A stretch of 64,000 nucleotides of DNA, from positions 288,001 to 352,000 of the forward strand of contig JAWLHY010000010.1 of assembly GCA_041690135.1 (NCBI GenBank), given 5' to 3'. Every line of letters starts with the position of its first letter. The stretch's first letter is position 1. Origin of the DNA: Armatimonadota bacterium (lineage in GTDB: Bacteria; Armatimonadota; SYMT01). A program made the position numbers and the translations under genes. Positions 59,109-64,000 of this stretch are shown here, one piece after another. Below the pieces are notes generated by a model. The model ran no database searches. It had not been told where the DNA came from and saw only the letters and a program-made list of their open reading frames with translations.

Positions 59109-59803
59109 CGGTTTGGCAGGAGGCTGCCGCGCTCGGGTAATCACAACTCCCCTGCCCAGGGGGCCTGCCACGCGCGCCCGGCGGAGCATTGGGCTTAGGG
59201 TCGGGTCACGGGGTGCAGGATCTCGGGGGCTGCGCTTCGGCCCTGAGGTGGGGAGCGGTTTGGCAAGAGGTTGCCACGTCCGTATAAGGACAGCTCCCCT
59301 GACCAGGGGGCCTGCCACGTCGGGTCACAAGGCGAGAGTTCATCGTGGCAGTGCTTCGGCCTTGCGGCGGTCTGTGGTCTGTGAAGTCGGTGGGGCCCTA
59401 CCCCTCCTCGCAGAGACGCCTGCGGCACTCTTGCTTAAGGCCCTGGATCGTCATTGCGAGGCCGGCTATGCCGTCTTTCGCGCACGGGAATTTGCACTGC
59501 CGAGCAGTAGGGTGCGACCGTGAACCGCCGCAGTGCCGGTCGTGGCAATCCCCCTGGTGAATGGACCGGCGCCTGAAGACGGGAGTGCTGTGTGCTGGCT
59601 ACTGGAGGCGGCGCTGAACATCGGAAGGCACAGGCTGTATCGCTTTGGCAGGAGGCTGCCGCGCTTGGGTAATCACAACTCCCCTGACCAGGGGGCCTGC
59701 CGCGTCGGGTATCGAGGTGCGAGTTCAGGACGGCTGTGCTTCGACAGCGCTGCGGTGCTGGTCTGTGAAGTCGGTGGAGTTCTACCCCTCCTCGCAGTGA
59801 CGA
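59109..59803. repeat. Array of three imperfect structured repeats plus an RPE/REP-like palindrome
   Basis: Units at about 59109-59250, 59256-59418 and 59641-59802; CGTCATTGCGAGG...GTGGCAATCCCC at 59449-59553. Confidence 0.8.
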
Positions 59804-59810
59804 TTGTAGG

Positions 59811-60350
59811 CTATTCCTCTTTCGCCTCTGCGATATGGGGGCGGGCGAGGTGCCAGGCGGCGATGCTCTTGCAGTCGAGGATCTCGCCGTTCCGGATTCT
59901 GGCTTCCCACTCCGCGACCGGGAGGAGGACCACTTCGATGCGCTCGTCTTCGTCCCCCTCGGCGCTGGCCTCGTAGAGGTCCTGCGCCAGGTAGACGTGC
60001 ATGTACTCGTTGGTCCAGCCGGGCGCGAGATAAAACCCGCCGAGGCTGGTCACGCGTCGGGCGCAAAGACCGGCCTCTTCCGCCAGCTCGCGGTTAACGG
60101 AAGCCTCCGGCGTCTCCCCCGGATCGACGCCGCCCGCGGGGGTCTCCAGCAATTCCCGGCCGGTGGGATGACGGTACTGGCGCACCAGCACGATCCGCCC
60201 CTCGTTGTCGACCGCCACGACGGTCATCGTCTCCCGGTGTTCGACCACTTCCATGCGGGTGACGTGACCGTCGTCCAGCCGGACCTCATCCACGCGGAGG
60301 GAGACGATTTTGCCTTCGAAGATCCTCTGGGTGTTCTGGATGGTTGGCAA
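59811..60350 (-). CDS. NUDIX hydrolase (ADP-ribose pyrophosphatase, NudF-like)
   Basis: LVRQYRHP, GGVDPGETPEASVNRELAEEAG Nudix box and DEDERIEV. Confidence 0.9.
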   Translation of the reverse strand: MPTIQNTQRIFEGKIVSLRVDEVRLDDGHVTRMEVVEHRETMTVVAVDNEGRIVLVRQYRHPTGRELLETPAGGVDPGETPEASVNRELAEEAGLCARRVTSLGGFYLAPGWTNEYMHVYLAQDLYEASAEGDEDERIEVVLLPVAEWEARIRNGEILDCKSIAAWHLARPHIAEAKEE

Positions 60351-60353
60351 CGA

Positions 60354-61472
60354 CTACTCCTCAATAATCTCCACGTTAGCTCTCGGGACGATGACCCGCT
60401 CCCCGTTCTGGAGCTCGGCCTGGAGGACCCGGACCATCGCCTCGGTGGGAATCTCCTGGAGCTCCGACGGTAGTTCAGAAACGGTGGCCAGCTTGCCGAA
60501 GTAGGGCTCGCGGATGATGCGGATGGGAGTGCCGATCTCCAGGTCGAAATCTCCGGCCTCGCCGCCTTCATCCGGACCGGCCTGGCGGGGCACGATCACC
60601 TCGGGACGGATGACGCCGGCCCGGATCTGGGTCGCGCCGTTGATCGAGGCCGTCTGGCCTTCCAGCGATTTCAGCAGCCGGAAGGTGCGGTCCGCCATGC
60701 GGATGGTGCCGAAGCCTTCGGTGAGGACGAGCGTGAGGTTGATGTTCTCGTGCCCGGTGATGGCCACGCCGATATCGTAACCGAGGAAATCGACCAGGTC
60801 CTGATCGACAATGGCGCCAACGACGATCCCGGCCACGCCGATCTCCGCCGCCTTCCGCAGCGCCGCTCCCGAGATGTTGGCGCCGCCCGCCACGATGCAG
60901 CCCGCCATGTCGGGAGTGAGGGAGGCCTCCGTCAGCATTGCGTCGGGCGAGTCCACGATCACGCGGATGGTGCCCTGCCGTTCGCCGCCTACCCCGAAAA
61001 TGCCCTGGACGAGAGCACCACGGGTCTCGACCACGACCCCTTCTCCCTCGATCACCTCTACGACGCGCCCCCGGACATAGGCCTTCACCTCGATGGGGTT
61101 CGGCTTCTCCCGGATACTGATGTGACCCGTGACGGTGTTGATGATCTCGACCACGCCGTCCACGGGGGCGTGCGCTTCGCTCTTGAACATTCCGAAGAAG
61201 GAGCGGGTCATGGCCAGGAGTTGCCCGCTCTTGACGGCATCGCCCTCCTTCACCTGCACTGCGGTCGGAAGCTCGTCCGGATCGATTCCGAGCTTCTCCG
61301 AAGCGCGGACCGTACGGAGAATGCCGGGGATGTTCGTGCGGGCCACCACCGTGTCCGGATCTACCGGAGCTCCCATGTCCACCACCACGTCGCCTTTCAG
61401 CGGCAGCCGGCGCGACTTGCGGACCACCGTGGAGGCGGAAACCTTCAGACCAGGAGTGTATGCGCTTCCCAT
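60354..61472 (-). CDS. Conserved hypothetical protein with barrel-sandwich-hybrid-like region and C-terminal KOW/SH3-like domain
   Basis: AYTPGLKV; VKEGDAVKSGQLLA...APVDGVV; GTPIRIIREPYFGKLATV...VPRANVEII. Confidence 0.8.
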   Translation of the reverse strand: MGSAYTPGLKVSASTVVRKSRRLPLKGDVVVDMGAPVDPDTVVARTNIPGILRTVRASEKLGIDPDELPTAVQVKEGDAVKSGQLLAMTRSFFGMFKSEAHAPVDGVVEIINTVTGHISIREKPNPIEVKAYVRGRVVEVIEGEGVVVETRGALVQGIFGVGGERQGTIRVIVDSPDAMLTEASLTPDMAGCIVAGGANISGAALRKAAEIGVAGIVVGAIVDQDLVDFLGYDIGVAITGHENINLTLVLTEGFGTIRMADRTFRLLKSLEGQTASINGATQIRAGVIRPEVIVPRQAGPDEGGEAGDFDLEIGTPIRIIREPYFGKLATVSELPSELQEIPTEAMVRVLQAELQNGERVIVPRANVEIIEE

Positions 61473-61534
61473 GCTTGCTTTTTTGTCTCGTGGGACCTCG
61501 TGACGAGGCCCGGATCAGCACTCGTGCGAAAGGA

Positions 61535-63319
61535 TCAGGGCAACGGCAGCCCGAATGCGCCGAGCCACTCGCGCAGCTTACCCACGCGCGCGGCCTGGTC
61601 CGGAGGCAGGACCAGCGGTCGCCCGCGTCCGTCCAGGATGAGGCCGGCGACACCCCCGCGAACCCGAGTGGTATGCGGCTTACCCTTGCCCGCACCGGCG
61701 TTCACGTTCCGGGCGGGAACGATCTCCAGGTCGCGCCACTCGCCCTCCCCCTGCGGGATTACCTGCATCGTGCCCATCCGGAGCGGCACTTCTTTGCCGT
61801 CGATGCGGATCGTCGCGAGCAGTTCTCCTTCTTTGACCGTTCCCACCGGGGCGACGACGGTGCCGAGACGGATGAGGCAGTCGCGGTCGAAAACCTGGGT
61901 GGCGGCTTCCGGCAGCACCGTGGAGAGCACGCCCAATTGCGGCATCATGAAGATACTGTCCACTGCCAGTTCCGTGACCCCTTCCGGCTGGTAGGCGTCG
62001 ATCATCATCAGGGCCGACTGCTCGCGCCGGGGGGCATGGCTGAGCACGCCGCCGGAGCCCACGATCATGTTCAGGTCGAGCAGTTTGACCAGCGTCTCGC
62101 CGCTGCCCCGCTGGTCGAAGAGGTCGCCGATACTCCGTTCTTGCTGGACCCCCTTGAGCTCCCGCGCCAGGTTCCGATGATGATCCAACGCGAGGCGCAG
62201 CGCCTCGCGCGACACGGCCTGCTCGATCAACAGGTCCTCGAGGGTGTAGGGGATCGTGGTGGGACGGATCATCTTGTTCCGGAGGCGGTTCCGGAGCTCC
62301 GCATCCTCGATCTCGAACGGAATCCAACGCCCGATGTTCTCCACGCCCGCCTCGGTGAGCACGTTGCAGATGGAGTAGCTCATGCCCAGGTTCGCGGACA
62401 CCGTGCGGTTATAGGTGCCACCGAAGACGCTGAAAACGTCCGTGGTCGCCCCGCCGATGTCCACCGCCAACACGTTGATGTTCTCCCGGCGGGCAATCGT
62501 CTCAATGATGCGCCCCACCGCGTTCGGGGTCGCCATGATGTCGGCGCTGGTCCAGGTGAGCAGTTTGCCATAGCCGGGGGCCTGCTGCATCACGTGCTTG
62601 AGGAACAGCTCATGGATCTCTTCGCGCGCCGGACCCAGGTTTTCCAGGTCGAGCGTGGGCCGGATGTTGTCCACGGGATGAAGCTCCACCCGCTCCTTCA
62701 GCACCTGCTGAACGGGAGACAGCGCTTCCTTGTTGCCGGCATAGATGACGGGGAGCTTGAGACCGATACCGAGCCGCGGCTTGGGGTCGGCGGAGACCAG
62801 CATTTCGGCCATTTCCACCAGGTGGGTCACCGTCCCGCCGTCGGTGCCGCCCGACATGAGGATCATGTCCGGCCGCAGCGCGCGGATCCGCTCCACCTTC
62901 TGGTGCTCCTTACGACCGTCGTCGACCGCGATGGTGTCCATCACGATGGCGCCCGCCCCGAGCGCGGCGCGTTCGGCGCTCTCGGCCGACATCGACTTGA
63001 CCACCCCGGCCACCGTCATCTGCAGCCCGCCGCCGGCACTGGAGGTGGAGAGATAGAGATCGGCCCCCTCACCCTGCGCATCCCGCGGCGCCAGCACCTT
63101 GTCATTCGCCAGGAACTTGCGCCCGGTCAGCTCTTCGATTTCCCGGACGGCGTTCACCACCCCCACGGTCACGTCGTCGAACGGCGCTTCCACCGTCGTG
63201 GGCGCTTCCCCGCGCACGATCAGGCGATATTCGTCTCCCTGTTTCTCGATCAGGATCGCCTTGGTGGTGGTGCTGCCGCAGTCGGTGGCGATGATTGTTC
63301 GCGCTTCGCTATCCGCCAT
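61535..63319 (-). CDS. Glutamate mutase L (GlmL/MutL-like, ASKHA ATPase) family protein
   Basis: DCGSTTTK, SSAGGGL, ALGAGA, LMSGGTDGG, MATPNAV, VDIGGATTDVFS, RTVSANLGM and GSGGVL. Confidence 0.88.
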   Translation of the reverse strand: MADSEARTIIATDCGSTTTKAILIEKQGDEYRLIVRGEAPTTVEAPFDDVTVGVVNAVREIEELTGRKFLANDKVLAPRDAQGEGADLYLSTSSAGGGLQMTVAGVVKSMSAESAERAALGAGAIVMDTIAVDDGRKEHQKVERIRALRPDMILMSGGTDGGTVTHLVEMAEMLVSADPKPRLGIGLKLPVIYAGNKEALSPVQQVLKERVELHPVDNIRPTLDLENLGPAREEIHELFLKHVMQQAPGYGKLLTWTSADIMATPNAVGRIIETIARRENINVLAVDIGGATTDVFSVFGGTYNRTVSANLGMSYSICNVLTEAGVENIGRWIPFEIEDAELRNRLRNKMIRPTTIPYTLEDLLIEQAVSREALRLALDHHRNLARELKGVQQERSIGDLFDQRGSGETLVKLLDLNMIVGSGGVLSHAPRREQSALMMIDAYQPEGVTELAVDSIFMMPQLGVLSTVLPEAATQVFDRDCLIRLGTVVAPVGTVKEGELLATIRIDGKEVPLRMGTMQVIPQGEGEWRDLEIVPARNVNAGAGKGKPHTTRVRGGVAGLILDGRGRPLVLPPDQAARVGKLREWLGAFGLPLP

Positions 63320-63354
63320 TCTCGGACCTTCTCCCTCTATACCAACCCTTGCGA

Positions 63355-63374
63355 CCACGGGTTGAAACCCGTGG
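63355..63374. repeat. REP-like hairpin
   Basis: CCACGGGTT-GA-AACCCGTGG. Confidence 0.65.
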
Positions 63375-63610
63375 CTGACTGACCGAAGTCCGCCTGCGCG
63401 GACTCGAGCACTTTTCGCTGACGTGCGTCCAGCGTCTACTTTACCAGAGGGTCCCGGAAAACGACGAACCCGCTCCTCGTTCAGTTGGACAGAGGCGAGA
63501 AAACAGCCTGCCCGATTTGGATTAAGGTGGGGATTACGATCAGGATGCGGAGGAGGCTGTGGGAGAGTGGGTGAATCGCAAAGCACCCGGAATCGAGAGG
63601 AAGTTGGAGT

Positions 63611-64000
63611 ATGAGTCGAGCGTCGCTGCCGCAAACATCGCCGTCGCCGGCCGTAACGCCGTGGCGACACCTTTTGCCGTTGGTCGTGGCGGGGGCGCTG
63701 GTGTTCGGCGTGCTTTGCGCCCTGTTGTTGCAGTGGGCGGACTCGCAGCGTCGAGGTCGGCTCCTGGTCGCGGTGGCCAAGGGCGATGTCGTGCAGGTCC
63801 GGTCGATGCTCGCGCGCGGCGTCAGCCCCAAAGCTCATCCGGGCGCGGGCATTCCACCGCTGATCCAGGCCGTCCGGAACGATCAACTCGTCGTCGCGGA
63901 GCTCCTGCTGCGGGCCGGCGCGGACGTGAACCAGGTGGACGGGGAGGGCAAGACCCCGCTGATGTGGGCGATCCGCCGCGATCACGCGCGCATCGCGGAA
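63611..64000 (+). CDS. Membrane-anchored ankyrin-repeat protein (runs off window)
   Basis: Own translation: TM helix, then PPLIQAVRNDQLVVAELLLRAGADVNQVDGEGKTPLMWA. Confidence 0.85.
   Translation, partial: MSRASLPQTSPSPAVTPWRHLLPLVVAGALVFGVLCALLLQWADSQRRGRLLVAVAKGDVVQVRSMLARGVSPKAHPGAGIPPLIQAVRNDQLVVAELLLRAGADVNQVDGEGKTPLMWAIRRDHARIAE

Noticed and set aside
59109-59803. CRISPR array
   Set aside because: Units are long and divergent with irregular spacing and no unique fixed-length spacers; no cas genes in the window.

Overview
64 kb of high-GC bacterial chromosome. A DUF1559 prepilin/H-X9-DG protein, two DUF1549/DUF1553 + DUF1501 operons and many Tat-exported enzymes suggest Armatimonadota (or a PVC-like organism); this is inference, not a database result. 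There are about 60 CDS, and I found no rRNA, tRNA, CRISPR array, integrase, transposase or reverse transcriptase. Bases 0.6-15.7 kb form an accessory patch of short immunity-like genes (two SMI1/KNR4, DUF4303, DUF4291, ADP-ribosylglycohydrolase) around an intact comM and a degenerate foreign comM fragment. The most unusual signals are: (1) two related in-frame DNA insertions (about 180 and 240 bp; G-rich heptamers plus TTACGCA heptamers encoding RGQGA...YALRNTxY) inside conserved domains of two different PSD1/DUF1549-1553 genes; (2) an orphan GlmL-like ATPase / KOW-domain protein / NUDIX operon, followed directly by (3) a three-copy structured repeat array with a compensatory base change; (4) a 165-bp IS5-type MITE inserted at a TAA stop codon; (5) tandem CsoR-type operators and a possible NsrR-type box. 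Family assignments come from motif recognition by eye.
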